Origin: an uncultured Pseudohongiella sp.
Lineage (GTDB): Bacteria; Pseudomonadota; Gammaproteobacteria; Pseudomonadales; Pseudohongiellaceae
Reading direction: 5' to 3'
NCBI GenBank assembly: GCA_964592245.1
Contig: CAZQFA010000011.1
Coordinates: 2,353 to 66,352 of the forward strand
DNA: 64,000 nt
The notes under the pieces were generated by a model. It was not told the DNA's origin and ran no database searches. It saw only the letters and a list, made by a program, of their open reading frames with translations. Every line of letters begins with the position of its first letter. The stretch's first letter is position 1. The position numbers and the translations under genes are program-made. Below, one piece after another: positions 21,498 to 31,497 of this stretch.

Positions 21498-22262
21498 GTG
21501 CCCGATCATCCGGCGTTGACCATGCCCTATAAAGACCACTTCTCTGCTCATGCCGCTCTCTATGCCGCTGCACGACCAGACTACCCGACGGCGCTGTTCA
21601 GTTGGCTCGCCGGGCAATGCGTACAACAGCAACGGGCTTGGGATTGTGCCACGGGTAACGGGCAGGCAGCGGTTGGCCTGGCGCCGTGGTTTGATGAAGT
21701 GATAGCCAGTGATGCCAGCGCCGAGCAGGTCGCGCATGCCAGGCCGCAGGGCAATGTTTCTTTTCGCTGTTTTCCGGCCGAGGCGCCGGAATTGGCGGCA
21801 GCCTCCGTGGATTTGATAACGGTGGCACAGGCACTGCACTGGTTTGCCATTGATGAATTCTTTTCGCGACTCGACCCGGTATTGCGTCCGCAGGGTATAT
21901 TGGCGATCTGGTGTTATGGTCAATGTCAAATTACTTCACCCATCGATGCGATCGTCTCGCACTTTTACGAGCAGATAGTCGGGCCTTACTGGCCACCGGA
22001 GCGGACTCTGGTTGAGGAGCAATACCAATCCGTCGCCTTTCCCTACAGTGCTTGCGCGGTACCGGCATTCAGTATGGAGAAGCACTGGCGTTGCGAGCAG
22101 CTGTGTAACTATCTCGCTTCCTGGAGTGCCACTCGCCGTTATATTAAGGAACGTGGCCAAGACCCGGTGCCGGCACTATACGAACAATTGCAGCCGCACT
22201 GGTCACAAGCAGTGGAAAAAACAGTATGCTGGCCGTTAACTGTTGTCGTACGGCGAAAATAA
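21498..22262 (+). CDS. class I SAM-dependent methyltransferase (Methyltransf_11-like)
   Basis: Motif I WDCATGNGQAAVGLA, then DLITVAQALHWF and LRPQGILAIWCY. Start uncertain: GTG 21498 (GGAGG only 1 nt upstream) or ATG 21522 (MPYKDHF...). Confidence 0.8.
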   Translation: MPDHPALTMPYKDHFSAHAALYAAARPDYPTALFSWLAGQCVQQQRAWDCATGNGQAAVGLAPWFDEVIASDASAEQVAHARPQGNVSFRCFPAEAPELAAASVDLITVAQALHWFAIDEFFSRLDPVLRPQGILAIWCYGQCQITSPIDAIVSHFYEQIVGPYWPPERTLVEEQYQSVAFPYSACAVPAFSMEKHWRCEQLCNYLASWSATRRYIKERGQDPVPALYEQLQPHWSQAVEKTVCWPLTVVVRRK

Positions 22263-22349
22263 GTAGACACGCAGGATTGTGTAACCGTCACATCCACACT
22301 GCTGGCGTTGCGGCAACGGAGTCAAAGACAAATTTCCTATGGTAAGACT

Positions 22350-23381
22350 GTGAGCAAGATAGCTGTAATGGGTGGTGGCAGTTTCGGCACTGTGATCGCC
22401 AATATCATCGCCGAGAATGGCCACACGACTGAATTCTGGATGCGCAGCGCAGAAGTGGCTGCGGAGGTCAACCGCAGCAGAGAGAATGCGCACTACCTGC
22501 CGGGCTACATACTCAATGAGCGTGTGATCGCGACGGCGGATATGGCCGAGGCGGTGACGGGTGCCGATGTCATTTTTGTCGCAGTACCCAGTAAATCCTT
22601 TCGCGAGGTCGTCAACAAACTGGTCCGCTATGCGCCGGAAGACGCCATGCTCATAAGCACTACCAAGGGTATAGAGCCTGGCAGTTTCCTGCTGATGAGT
22701 CAGATACTTTCGCAAGAGTCACCTCATTCCCGGGTCGGCGTGCTCAGTGGGCCCAATCTGGCCAAGGAAATCGCCCAGAAGCATCTCACGGGCACGGTGA
22801 TCGCCAGCCCCCATGAAGACGTACGGGAGCGGGTAAAAGACATTCTTAAATCTTCCACTTTTCGGGTTTATACCAATGACGACATGTTCGGCGTCGAATT
22901 GGGCGGTTCCCTGAAAAATATCTACGCGATTATTGCCGGTATGGCCGCAGCCATCGGCATGGGATACAACACCAACAGTATGCTGGTGACGCGCAGTCTC
23001 ACCGAGATGGCGCGCTTTGGCCGCGAATTGGGCGCAGACCCCATGACCTTTCTGGGACTGGCTGGCGTAGGGGATCTGGTGGTGACCTGTTCCACACCCC
23101 TGAGTCGTAATTTCCGCATTGGACAGGCGTTGGGCTCCGGTAAATCTATCGAAGAAGCGGTGGCCGAAGTCGGGCAGGTGGCGGAGGGCGTCAATACCGT
23201 TAAAATGGTCAAGGAAAAAGCGGATGAACTGGGCGTCTACATGCCACTGGCATCCGGTTTGTACCGCATTATTTATGAGCAGGAATCGATCGACAGCATC
23301 ATTTCTTCGCTTATGCTTGGCGAACAGGCGCTGGACGTGGAGTTTGCCGCCAAAGATCAGAAAACATTAACCGAGGAGTAA
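22350..23381 (+). CDS. gpsA: NAD(P)H-dependent glycerol-3-phosphate dehydrogenase
   Basis: Rossmann start [12 protein letters not shown], then [33 protein letters not shown]. The ORF track starts at TTG 22308. GTG 22350 matches the usual N-terminus better. Confidence 0.92.
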   Translation: MSKIAVMGGGSFGTVIANIIAENGHTTEFWMRSAEVAAEVNRSRENAHYLPGYILNERVIATADMAEAVTGADVIFVAVPSKSFREVVNKLVRYAPEDAMLISTTKGIEPGSFLLMSQILSQESPHSRVGVLSGPNLAKEIAQKHLTGTVIASPHEDVRERVKDILKSSTFRVYTNDDMFGVELGGSLKNIYAIIAGMAAAIGMGYNTNSMLVTRSLTEMARFGRELGADPMTFLGLAGVGDLVVTCSTPLSRNFRIGQALGSGKSIEEAVAEVGQVAEGVNTVKMVKEKADELGVYMPLASGLYRIIYEQESIDSIISSLMLGEQALDVEFAAKDQKTLTEE

Positions 23382-23384
23382 GGA

Positions 23385-23939
23385 ATGTCGGAAGAGCTGG
23401 ATGATATTGTCGATAATTTGCGCGAGCCGTCCGCCTGGATACGTATTATTTTTATGGTTGGCTTTGCCTTGGTGCTCTATCTGATCATGGCTCCCATCAT
23501 TGCCGTTCTATTGATCGTGCAGGCACTTTTCTCCGTTATTACAGGTGACGCTAATAGCAATCTGAAGAGTCTGGGGCGAGTCCTCAGTTTGTACATTAAG
23601 CAAATCATTGATTACCTGACTTACAACTCATCACTGCGTCCTTTTCCTTTTTCGGATTTCCCGGAGTTAGATGAAGAGAGCGTGAGTGAAACTGCCAGCG
23701 AAGATGAAGGCGAGCCGGTGAGCAAGCCGGCTGCAAAGAAATCAGCGGCGAATAAATCGTCAGCAAAAAAGACCGGAACGAAGAAAACGGCTGCCAGGAA
23801 AGCGCCAGCAAAGAAAAAGACCAAGAAGAAAAGTGATGAGCAGGAAGCAGCCGTGAGTGATACTGACGCCAGTGCAGACTCCGCTACCGAGCAGGAGAGC
23901 GAGCAGGATAAAAAGGATACCGGTTCCAGCAGCGATTAA
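23385..23939 (+). CDS. small membrane protein (DUF4389-like N-terminus) with a Lys/Ala-rich basic then acidic tail
   Basis: 184 aa. Two TM helices (WIRIIFMVGFALVLYLIMAPIIAVLLIVQALF) resembling DUF4389 from memory. Tail KPAAKKSAANKSSAKKTGTKKTAARKAPAKKKTKKK followed by a D/E/S-rich end. Starts 3 nt after gpsA. Confidence 0.7.
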   Translation: MSEELDDIVDNLREPSAWIRIIFMVGFALVLYLIMAPIIAVLLIVQALFSVITGDANSNLKSLGRVLSLYIKQIIDYLTYNSSLRPFPFSDFPELDEESVSETASEDEGEPVSKPAAKKSAANKSSAKKTGTKKTAARKAPAKKKTKKKSDEQEAAVSDTDASADSATEQESEQDKKDTGSSSD

Positions 23940-23950
23940 GCTGTGCCTCA

Positions 23951-23989
23951 CAAACAGGAATTACAAACAGGAATTACAAACAGAAATTA
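23951..23989. repeat. 13-bp tandem repeat x3 (CAAACAGGAATTA, CAAACAGGAATTA, CAAACAGAAATTA)
   Basis: Read directly in the 99-nt spacer between the DUF4389-like gene stop (23939) and the sixA start (24039). Confidence 0.85.
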
Positions 23990-24038
23990 CAGTCGGCAAG
24001 CTCACCAGGGGGAGCGAGATGGCGAGAGAATTTATCAG

Positions 24039-24512
24039 GTGATTTTGTATTTGTTTCGCCATGGGGCTGCCGAACCCTGGGGCGTGTCTGACAGTGCTCG
24101 CCAGCTCACCGCGCAAGGCCATCAGCAGAATCTGGCGACGGCTACTCGCTGGCTGGTGCAGCAGCCGGAGATTGACAGGGCGCTGGTGAGCCCCTATGTA
24201 CGCGCCAGACAAACCGCCGCTGATATCAATCAGCTCTTTCCACAACTGGATTTCATCGAACATCCGGGGATTACGCCCGATGACGACCCCCGCGCCGTAT
24301 TGGATGAGTTGTCCACACTGTCCGATGAATCTGTGTTGCTGGTCAGTCATAATCCACTATTATCGAAACTGGCAACCATGCTGGTAGATGGTGCCTACAG
24401 TGACAGCGTCCGCCTCGATACCAGCGAGGTTATATGCCTCAGCCTTTCTGAAGTTGCAATCGGCTGTGGAGAAATCCGTTATCACATCAGCCCGGTGCAG
24501 AATGACCAGTAA
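24039..24512 (+). CDS. sixA: phosphohistidine phosphatase SixA
   Basis: The N-terminus from GTG 24039 (VILYLFRHGAAEP) matches the SixA start and its RHG catalytic motif. Second His in LLVSHNPLLS. About 157 aa. The ORF-track start 23943 would translate the tandem repeat and is unlikely. Confidence 0.85.
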   Translation: MILYLFRHGAAEPWGVSDSARQLTAQGHQQNLATATRWLVQQPEIDRALVSPYVRARQTAADINQLFPQLDFIEHPGITPDDDPRAVLDELSTLSDESVLLVSHNPLLSKLATMLVDGAYSDSVRLDTSEVICLSLSEVAIGCGEIRYHISPVQNDQ

Positions 24513-25434
24513 ACTAACTCTCACTCTTACCCCTCTTTTCGCAGTCGCTTTGTTACTCCAAACCGGCGCTGCACTGGCGCAGTCGGCGACGGGCGCTCTG
24601 GGTGATCACCCGTTGGTAGCGCGTTTTCCCGATTCCACGCTGGAAGAAATCGACGTTGCCGAAGATGTCAGCTATCGACTCGTATTAGGGACGCTGCAGC
24701 GTAACAGGGAACTCGTGGTGCCGGAGAACTCGGAACGTTTGCGCGGCGATGTCACCAAGATTGTCTATCAGGTGCCGCAGGAATACGCCGGCGAAGAAGT
24801 CTATGACTACTTCCTTGCGCAGTTTGCAGAAAAAGGATTTGTGGAGTTATTTTCCTGCACGGGGCGTAGCTGTGGCAGCAGTAATTACTGGGCGAATGAT
24901 ATTTTCAGTAATCGCATTCTCTACGGGCCGGAACGTAATCAGTACTTTTCTGCATTTCGTCTGGATCAGGATGGCGCAGAGCCTGTCCATGTGTCCCTTT
25001 ATGTGATCACTCGCGGTAATCGCCGCATTTATGCTTATCTGGAGATTGTCGAAGACAACCTGAGTCGTGGCGTGGTGACGGTTGCGTCACCCGATCTACT
25101 GGAAGCACTGAATGCAAGGGGTGTAGTTACCATTCCCGGTATTCAGTTCACGACGCAGGGTCAATTAAGCGATGTTGTTGATCTGTCTGCTGTCGTGGAG
25201 CTGATTCAGAGCAACAGTGATTTGCGCTTTTATATCGTCGGACATCGGCAGGGAACAGGCAATCTGGATGCATTGCTGCAACAGTCTACAGCGCGCGCCG
25301 AACAAGTCCGACAGCGATTGCTGGATTCGGGAGTGCCGGCAGACAGAGTCATAGCGCAGGGGGTTGGGCCGCTGGCGCCAGTTTGCGAAGTTGCCGATTG
25401 TGCCAACCGGATTGAACTGGTCCTGCGTCGCTAG
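24502..25434 (+). CDS. secreted protein with a divergent OmpA-C-like C-terminal domain (DUF4892-like N-terminal part)
   Basis: From ATG 24502: signal peptide MTSKLTLTLTPLFAVALLLQTGAALAQ. C-terminus FYIVGHRQGTGNLDALLQQSTARAEQVRQRLLDSGVPADRVIAQGVGPLAP...NRIELVLR follows the OmpA_C pattern, but the usual GHTD and NRRVE motifs are changed. Overlaps the sixA stop by 11 nt. Confidence 0.75.
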   Translation: MTSKLTLTLTPLFAVALLLQTGAALAQSATGALGDHPLVARFPDSTLEEIDVAEDVSYRLVLGTLQRNRELVVPENSERLRGDVTKIVYQVPQEYAGEEVYDYFLAQFAEKGFVELFSCTGRSCGSSNYWANDIFSNRILYGPERNQYFSAFRLDQDGAEPVHVSLYVITRGNRRIYAYLEIVEDNLSRGVVTVASPDLLEALNARGVVTIPGIQFTTQGQLSDVVDLSAVVELIQSNSDLRFYIVGHRQGTGNLDALLQQSTARAEQVRQRLLDSGVPADRVIAQGVGPLAPVCEVADCANRIELVLRR

Positions 25435-25983
25435 TTAGCCAACCAGCGACAGGAATTCGTTGCGCGTGCTGGAACTGCTACGGAACGCGCCAAGCATGCA
25501 CGAGGTAGTCATCACCGAATTTTGCTTTTCCACACCTCGCATCATCATGCACATATGCTGCGCTTCGATGATGACAGCGGCGCCGGCCGCATTGGTTTTC
25601 TCGACGATGCAACTGGCGATCTCATTGGTCAGGTTTTCCTGAATTTGCAATCGCCGTGCGAACACATCGACGATGCGTGCGACTTTCGACAAGCCGATCA
25701 CTTTGCCATTGGGAATATAGGCGACATGGCACTTCCCTATAAATGGCAGCATGTGGTGCTCGCACATTGAGTAGAGCTCAATATTTTTGACGATCACCAT
25801 CTCGTCATTGTCGGAGGGGAACAGTGCGTTGTTTATTACCTCGTCAATATTCATGTTGTAGCCCTGCATCAAAAACTGCATGGCCTTGGCTGCGCGCGCA
25901 GGCGTATCTTTTAATCCGGCGCGATCAGGGTTTTCTCCAATGTCACGGAGAATCGATAAATAAGCGTCTTCCATAATATTCAC
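25435..25983 (-). CDS. folE: GTP cyclohydrolase I
   Basis: 182 aa with hallmark [10 protein letters not shown], plus [15 protein letters not shown]. Confidence 0.95.
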   Translation of the reverse strand: MNIMEDAYLSILRDIGENPDRAGLKDTPARAAKAMQFLMQGYNMNIDEVINNALFPSDNDEMVIVKNIELYSMCEHHMLPFIGKCHVAYIPNGKVIGLSKVARIVDVFARRLQIQENLTNEIASCIVEKTNAAGAAVIIEAQHMCMMMRGVEKQNSVMTTSCMLGAFRSSSSTRNEFLSLVG

Positions 25984-26078
25984 GTGATAATTTGCTAAAG
26001 TGTCCGGCGAACCGGCGGCTAAAGTACGACAAGCGGCAGGCGTGGTAAAGCAGAATATAACAGAGAATTGGATGCGTT

Positions 26079-26957
26079 ATGCAAATCAGGGAGTACATTG
26101 AGGCCTTAGTCGACAGATTTTTGCAGGCCGATCTTGCCTATGGGCACGGCACAGCCAATGCACGCGATGAAGCGGTTTATCTGGTTTACGGATTGCTGAA
26201 TATCGACTTCGATCGCGCCATCAACAGCATTGATGAGGAATTATTGCCGGCGCAACAACAGCAACTGGATGCATTGGCACAGCAGCGCATTGAAGAGCAC
26301 GTGCCTGTTGCTTATTTGGTGGGCAAGGCCTGGTTTGCCGGGCGCGTTTTCAATACCGACCAGCGCGCTATCATTCCCCGTTCACCGATCGCTGAATTAC
26401 TGGTCAACGATTATCAGCCTTTATTACGTTCGTTTCCCGAACGCATACTGGATTTGTGCTGTGGCGGTGGCTGTATCGGTATTGCCACGGCATTGCAATT
26501 TCCAGAGGCTAAAGTCGATTTGATTGATAATTCCCCCGGCTGTCTTGCGCTGGCGCAGGAAAACATCACGCTGCATGGCGTGGCGGATCGTGTGCGGGTG
26601 CTGGAAAGCGACTTGTTTGCGGCGGCACAAGGGCCTTATGACTTGATAGTCAGCAACCCGCCCTATGTCTCGGCCGAGGAAGTGTCAGCCTTACCGGCAG
26701 AGTATCGACACGAGCCTGCCAGTGCCTTGCTCAGCGAAGATGACGGCCTGGCCATTCCGCTGAGCATCCTGCAGCAGGCAGCCGAGTATCTCGGTAAGGA
26801 CGGAGTACTGATTCTGGAGGTAGGTCTTAGCGCCGAGCGTCTGCAGTCGCGATTACCGGAAATCCCGTTTCTCTGGCTCGAATTCGAGGAGGGCGGGGAG
26901 GGTGTTTTGGCTATCTCCGCCAGCCAATTGCGGCAGTACAGCAGCGCATTGAATTAG
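26079..26957 (+). CDS. prmB: ribosomal protein L3 glutamine N5-methyltransferase
   Basis: 292 aa with SAM motif ILDLCCGGGCIG and catalytic SNPPYV. Immediately upstream of aroC as in E. coli (prmB-aroC). Confidence 0.88.
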   Translation: MQIREYIEALVDRFLQADLAYGHGTANARDEAVYLVYGLLNIDFDRAINSIDEELLPAQQQQLDALAQQRIEEHVPVAYLVGKAWFAGRVFNTDQRAIIPRSPIAELLVNDYQPLLRSFPERILDLCCGGGCIGIATALQFPEAKVDLIDNSPGCLALAQENITLHGVADRVRVLESDLFAAAQGPYDLIVSNPPYVSAEEVSALPAEYRHEPASALLSEDDGLAIPLSILQQAAEYLGKDGVLILEVGLSAERLQSRLPEIPFLWLEFEEGGEGVLAISASQLRQYSSALN

Positions 26958-27019
26958 TGTACAATTGCGTGCTTTTTTGATGCCCCTACCGTCCCGGCCC
27001 GCGTCGCCCCGAGTTTCTT

Positions 27020-28090
27020 ATGTCCGGTAATTCATTTGGCAAATTGTTTACAGTGACCAGTTTTGGTGAGAGCCATGGTCCCGCGCTGGGCTGTGTGGTG
27101 GACGGTTGTCCACCCGGTCTGGCGTTGTCGGAAGACGACATGCAGCACGATTTGAATCGCCGCAAGCCGGGCCAGTCCCGCTTCACGACCCAGCGTCGAG
27201 AAGACGACAAGGTACGCATCCTCTCCGGTGTCTTCGAAGGCAAGACTACCGGTACGCCGATCGGTCTGCTGATCGAAAATACAGACCAGCGCTCGAAGGA
27301 CTACGGCAAGATCAAGGATCAATTCCGCCCGGCGCATGCCGATTTTACCTACTTCAAGAAGTACGGTATTCGGGATTATCGTGGTGGCGGGCGCTCATCG
27401 GCGCGAGAAACCGCCATGCGTGTAGCTGCTGGCGCTATTGCCAAGAAGTACCTGAAAGAGGTCGCTGGCGTTGAGATTATCGGTTGGTTGAGTCAGCTTG
27501 GTCCTATCGCCATCGACAAGGTCGATGTGGCTGAGATCGACAACAACCCGTTCTTCTGCCCGGACGTTGACAAGGTAGCGGCGATGGAAGACTACATGGC
27601 CGCCCTGAACAAGGAAGGCAATTCCATCGGCGCCCGCATCACCGTCACCGCGCGCAATGTGCCGGTCGGACTGGGCGAGCCTGTATTTGATCGCCTGGAT
27701 GCCGATATAGCGAAGGCGCTGATGAGTATCAATGCCGTCAAAGGCGTGGAGATTGGTGCCGGTTTTGCCAGCGTAGAGCAAAAGGGGACCGAGCATCGCG
27801 ATGAGATCACCCCGGAGGGCTTTCTCAGTAATCATGCCGGTGGTGTGCTGGGTGGCATCTCCAGTGGTCAGGATCTGGTAGCGCATCTGGCTTTGAAGCC
27901 CACCTCCAGCATCCGGCAGCCGGGACGATCAATCGATATTCACGGCACCCCCACGGAAGTGGTAACGACCGGCCGCCACGATCCCTGTGTCGGCATTCGG
28001 GCGACACCGATTGCCGAGGCCATGCTGGCGCTGGTCCTGATGGATCATCTGCTGCGGGATCGCGCACAGAATCACGCAGTAACACGTTAG
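27020..28090 (+). CDS. aroC: chorismate synthase
   Basis: 356 aa with N-terminus [30 protein letters not shown] and [11 protein letters not shown]. Confidence 0.96.
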   Translation: MSGNSFGKLFTVTSFGESHGPALGCVVDGCPPGLALSEDDMQHDLNRRKPGQSRFTTQRREDDKVRILSGVFEGKTTGTPIGLLIENTDQRSKDYGKIKDQFRPAHADFTYFKKYGIRDYRGGGRSSARETAMRVAAGAIAKKYLKEVAGVEIIGWLSQLGPIAIDKVDVAEIDNNPFFCPDVDKVAAMEDYMAALNKEGNSIGARITVTARNVPVGLGEPVFDRLDADIAKALMSINAVKGVEIGAGFASVEQKGTEHRDEITPEGFLSNHAGGVLGGISSGQDLVAHLALKPTSSIRQPGRSIDIHGTPTEVVTTGRHDPCVGIRATPIAEAMLALVLMDHLLRDRAQNHAVTR

Positions 28091-28119
28091 AATTCGTTAG
28101 TTAATCTTTAAAACCCTTA

Positions 28120-28136
28120 AATAACATAATGTTATT
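28120..28136. promoter_or_regulatory. perfect 17-bp palindrome AATAACAT-A-ATGTTATT in the AT-rich leuC upstream region (candidate operator)
   Basis: Read directly, 39 nt upstream of the leuC ATG. A second 8-bp palindrome ACTTAAGT lies at 28151-28158. No binding protein can be assigned from sequence. Confidence 0.3.
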
Positions 28137-28174
28137 GAGGTATCTTATTTACTTAAGTTAAGTTGGTGAATGAT

Positions 28175-29611
28175 ATGAGTGGCAAGACTTTATACGACAA
28201 GATCTGGGATGCACATCTGGTAAAACAGCGGCCTGACGGCACGGCGCTGATTTACATCGATCGTCATCTCATTCACGAAGTCACGTCGCCACAAGCGTTT
28301 GAAGGCCTGCGTCTGGCGGGCCGTTTACCCTGGCGCTCTGATGCCAATTTCGCGACGCCGGATCACAACATCCCGACGACCGCCGATGAGCGCAGTCAGG
28401 GCCTGGCCGGTATCAAGGACCCGGTGTCCAAGATTCAGGTCAGCACACTCGATGATAACTGTAAGGAATTCAGTATCTTCGAGCTGAAAATGACAGATAT
28501 ACGTCAAGGTATTGTGCACGTCGTCGGGCCTGAGCAGGGTGCGACATTGCCGGGTATGACGATCGTCTGCGGCGACTCGCACACTTCCACGCACGGTGCG
28601 CTTGGCGCTTTGGCTCACGGCATCGGCACGTCTGAAGTGGAGCACGTACTGGCCACGCAGTGCCTGATGCAGAAGAAAATGAAGAACATGCTGGTGCAGG
28701 TCAACGGCCAGTTGAAGACAGGTGTCACCGCCAAAGACGTGGTGTTGGCCATTATTGGCCAAATCGGCACTGCAGGTGGCACCGGCTATACCATCGAGTT
28801 TGCCGGCGAGGCGATTCGTTCCCTGAGTGTGGAAGGACGCATGACCGTCTGCAACATGGCCATCGAAGCGGGCGCCCGTGCCGGCCTTATTGCCGTTGAT
28901 CAAACGACTCTGGATTACATCGAGGGCCGCCCCTTTGCTCCGAAAGGCGAGATGTGGGAGCAGGCTTGCCAGGCCTGGTTGCAGTTGGTGAGCGATGATG
29001 ACGCGGTATTCGATAAAGTGATTGAACTGGATGCTGCGGCTATCGAGCCACAAGTGACCTGGGGCACATCGCCCGAGATGGTGGCGCCGATCAGCGGCAT
29101 GATTCCGGTACCGGCAGAAGAGGCGGACGAGACGCGCCGCAGTAACATCGAAGAAGCCTTGAAATACATGGGCTTGCAGGGTGGCACGGCCATTCGCGAT
29201 ATCAAATTGGACTGTATATTTATCGGCTCCTGCACCAACTCGCGCATCGAAGACTTGCGTGAAGCGGCCAAGGTTGTACGCGGCAAAAAGGTGGCGTCTT
29301 CGGTCGAGCTGGCCATGGTAGTGCCTGGTTCCGGCCTGGTGAAGAAGCAGGCAGAGGAAGAGGGGCTGGACAAGATCTTCACGGCAGCCGGCCTGCAGTG
29401 GCGGGAGCCGGGTTGTTCCATGTGCCTGGCGATGAATGCCGACCAGTTGGGTGAGGGCAAGCACTGTGCTTCCACCTCCAATCGTAACTTCGAAGGGCGT
29501 CAGGGCCGCGGTGGCCGGACGCATCTGGTAAGCCCGGCCATGGCCGCGGCTGCTGCCATTCACGGGCATTTTGTTGACGTGCGTGACTTGGATCTGCAGG
29601 AATCAGCATAA
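28175..29611 (+). CDS. leuC: 3-isopropylmalate dehydratase large subunit
   Basis: [14 protein letters not shown] start (ATG 28175, GGTGA 5 nt upstream). Aconitase-family motifs [26 protein letters not shown]. Confidence 0.96.
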   Translation: MSGKTLYDKIWDAHLVKQRPDGTALIYIDRHLIHEVTSPQAFEGLRLAGRLPWRSDANFATPDHNIPTTADERSQGLAGIKDPVSKIQVSTLDDNCKEFSIFELKMTDIRQGIVHVVGPEQGATLPGMTIVCGDSHTSTHGALGALAHGIGTSEVEHVLATQCLMQKKMKNMLVQVNGQLKTGVTAKDVVLAIIGQIGTAGGTGYTIEFAGEAIRSLSVEGRMTVCNMAIEAGARAGLIAVDQTTLDYIEGRPFAPKGEMWEQACQAWLQLVSDDDAVFDKVIELDAAAIEPQVTWGTSPEMVAPISGMIPVPAEEADETRRSNIEEALKYMGLQGGTAIRDIKLDCIFIGSCTNSRIEDLREAAKVVRGKKVASSVELAMVVPGSGLVKKQAEEEGLDKIFTAAGLQWREPGCSMCLAMNADQLGEGKHCASTSNRNFEGRQGRGGRTHLVSPAMAAAAAIHGHFVDVRDLDLQESA

Positions 29612-29629
29612 GGGATATTGGGAGTTGTC

Positions 29630-30280
29630 ATGAAAAAATTAAGTGTTGAGAAAGGCCTGGTGCTGCCGTTGAATCGTGCCAATGTGGACACGGACTTCAT
29701 TATTCCGAAGCAGTTCCTGAAATCCATCAAGCGCACGGGTTTTGGCGTCAATCTGTTCGATGAGCACCGCTATCTGGACAAGGGTGAGCCTGATTCTGAC
29801 AACAGCAAGCGTCCGCTGAACCCGGATTTCGTGCTCAATCAGCCACGCTATCAGGGCAGCAGTATTCTGCTGGCACGGGACAACTTTGGCTGCGGGTCGA
29901 GCCGTGAGCATGCGCCATGGGCGTTGGACGACTATGGTTTCCGCGTGTTGATCGCTCCCAGCTATGCCGATATCTTTTTTAATAATTGCTTTAAAAATGG
30001 GATATTACCCATTGTTTTAGATAGAGATATTGTTTCCGAGCTGTTTGCAGAAGTGGCTGCGACAGAAGGTTATGAGCTGACCGTGGATCTGCCGCGACAG
30101 GTCATCGTCAAGCCCGACGGTAGCGAGATCAGCTTTGAAGTCGATGCCTTCCGCAAGCAATGCCTGCTGGATGGTCTCGATGATATCGGGCTGACACTGG
30201 AAGATGCCGATGATATTCGTGCCTTCGAGAACGACTGGCGCAGCCGTTCACCCTGGTATTTTGTGGCGCCCGAGGCTTGA
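29630..30280 (+). CDS. leuD: 3-isopropylmalate dehydratase small subunit
   Basis: ATG 29630 preceded by GGAG with a 5-nt spacer. Motif [15 protein letters not shown]. Confidence 0.95.
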   Translation: MKKLSVEKGLVLPLNRANVDTDFIIPKQFLKSIKRTGFGVNLFDEHRYLDKGEPDSDNSKRPLNPDFVLNQPRYQGSSILLARDNFGCGSSREHAPWALDDYGFRVLIAPSYADIFFNNCFKNGILPIVLDRDIVSELFAEVAATEGYELTVDLPRQVIVKPDGSEISFEVDAFRKQCLLDGLDDIGLTLEDADDIRAFENDWRSRSPWYFVAPEA

Positions 30281-30339
30281 TCCAAAGACTCAGGAAGTGC
30301 CTGTAACAGATTGATATATAGACATTAAGAGAAAATTGT

Positions 30340-31359
30340 ATGAGTGGTTATGACGTAGCAGTAGTGGGTGCCACTGGCGCAGTTGGCGAGGCAATGCTGA
30401 GTATCCTCGAAGAGCGTAAATTCCCCATCCGAAACCTGTACCCGTTGGCCAGCGAGCGTTCGGCGGGGTCCAAGGTGATGTTCAACAACAAGCCGGTTAC
30501 CGTGGGTAACCTGGCGGAATTTGATTTCACCAAGGCCCAGATTGGCCTGTTTTCAGCCGGTGGCAGCATTTCGGCCGAATTTGCCCCTAAAGCCGGCGCC
30601 GCGGGCTGTGTCGTCATCGACAATACCTCGCACTTTCGCTATGACGATGACATTCCTCTGGTGGTGCCGGAAGTGAATCCCGAGCGCATCGCTGACTACA
30701 AGAATCGCAATATTATTGCCAACCCGAACTGCTCTACCATCCAGATGCTGGTGGCGCTGAAGCCCATCCGCGACGCGGTTGGCCTGAAGCGCATCAGTGT
30801 CGCCACCTATCAGGCGGTTTCAGGTACTGGCAAGGAAGCAATCGAGGAGCTGGCGCGACAGACAGCAGAGTTGCTGAACGGTCGCGAACCTACTTGCGAG
30901 GTCTATCCCCGGCAGATCGCCTTCAATGCCTTGCCCCATATCGATGTGTTTATGGACAACGGCTACACCAAGGAAGAAATGAAGATGAACTGGGAAACAC
31001 GCAAGATCTTCGGTGACGACAGCATCGAGGTCAGTGCCACCTGCGTGCGTATACCGGTGTTCTATGGTCATTCTGAGGCTGTACAGATCGAAACCGTCGA
31101 GCCTATCAGTGCCGAAGAGGTACGCGCGTTGCTGGTCAAGGCCCCGGGCGTGAAGGTGGTTGACGAGCGCAAAGACGGTGGTTACCCGACAGCAGTGCAC
31201 GAATCTGCGGGCCAGGACGCAGTTTTTGTGGGACGTATCCGGCAGGATATCTCTTTTGCCAACGGCATCAATTTGTGGGTAGTGGCTGATAACGTCCGAA
31301 AAGGCGCGGCTTTGAACTCTGTTCAGATCGCTGAGGAGTTGATAAAAAGCTACTTATAA
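30340..31359 (+). CDS. asd: aspartate-semialdehyde dehydrogenase, short (about 340 aa) type, in the usg position
   Basis: VAVVGATGAVGE Rossmann start. Retains the catalytic Cys in IIANPNCSTIQM and the His in FYGHSEAV, unlike E. coli Usg as I recall it. Located upstream of fimV-truA. Confidence 0.88.
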   Translation: MSGYDVAVVGATGAVGEAMLSILEERKFPIRNLYPLASERSAGSKVMFNNKPVTVGNLAEFDFTKAQIGLFSAGGSISAEFAPKAGAAGCVVIDNTSHFRYDDDIPLVVPEVNPERIADYKNRNIIANPNCSTIQMLVALKPIRDAVGLKRISVATYQAVSGTGKEAIEELARQTAELLNGREPTCEVYPRQIAFNALPHIDVFMDNGYTKEEMKMNWETRKIFGDDSIEVSATCVRIPVFYGHSEAVQIETVEPISAEEVRALLVKAPGVKVVDERKDGGYPTAVHESAGQDAVFVGRIRQDISFANGINLWVVADNVRKGAALNSVQIAEELIKSYL

Positions 31360-31497
31360 TGAATACTTGCAGCCAGTAGTGAAGAAACAGGCTTAATTGC
31401 CAAGCGCAAGTGAACTTAAGAGCAATTTAGAAGCAGGGCTCATCGTCTTGATGAGTCCGCCCCGGGGATAACTGCGGCACCGCTATCAAGACGCTAT

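Noticed and set aside
26958-27019. Possible intrinsic terminator after prmB ending in GTGCTTTTTTG.
   Set aside because: I could not build a convincing GC-containing stem immediately upstream of the T-run. aroC starts 62 nt downstream and is probably co-transcribed, as in E. coli.
28325-29569. Very long antisense ORFs inside well-supported genes. Examples: 414 aa opposite leuC; 1437-2333 opposite nqrF; 18591-19457 opposite nuoM; 38599-39375 opposite accD; 39662-40393 opposite folC; 57692-58381 opposite gdhB; 33812-34522 opposite fimV.
   Set aside because: Each lies wholly inside a gene with unmistakable family motifs. Their translations are Arg/Ala/Gly/His- or Ser-rich with no recognisable domain and no SD. 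This fits shadow ORFs produced by codon bias of the sense gene rather than overlapping genes.
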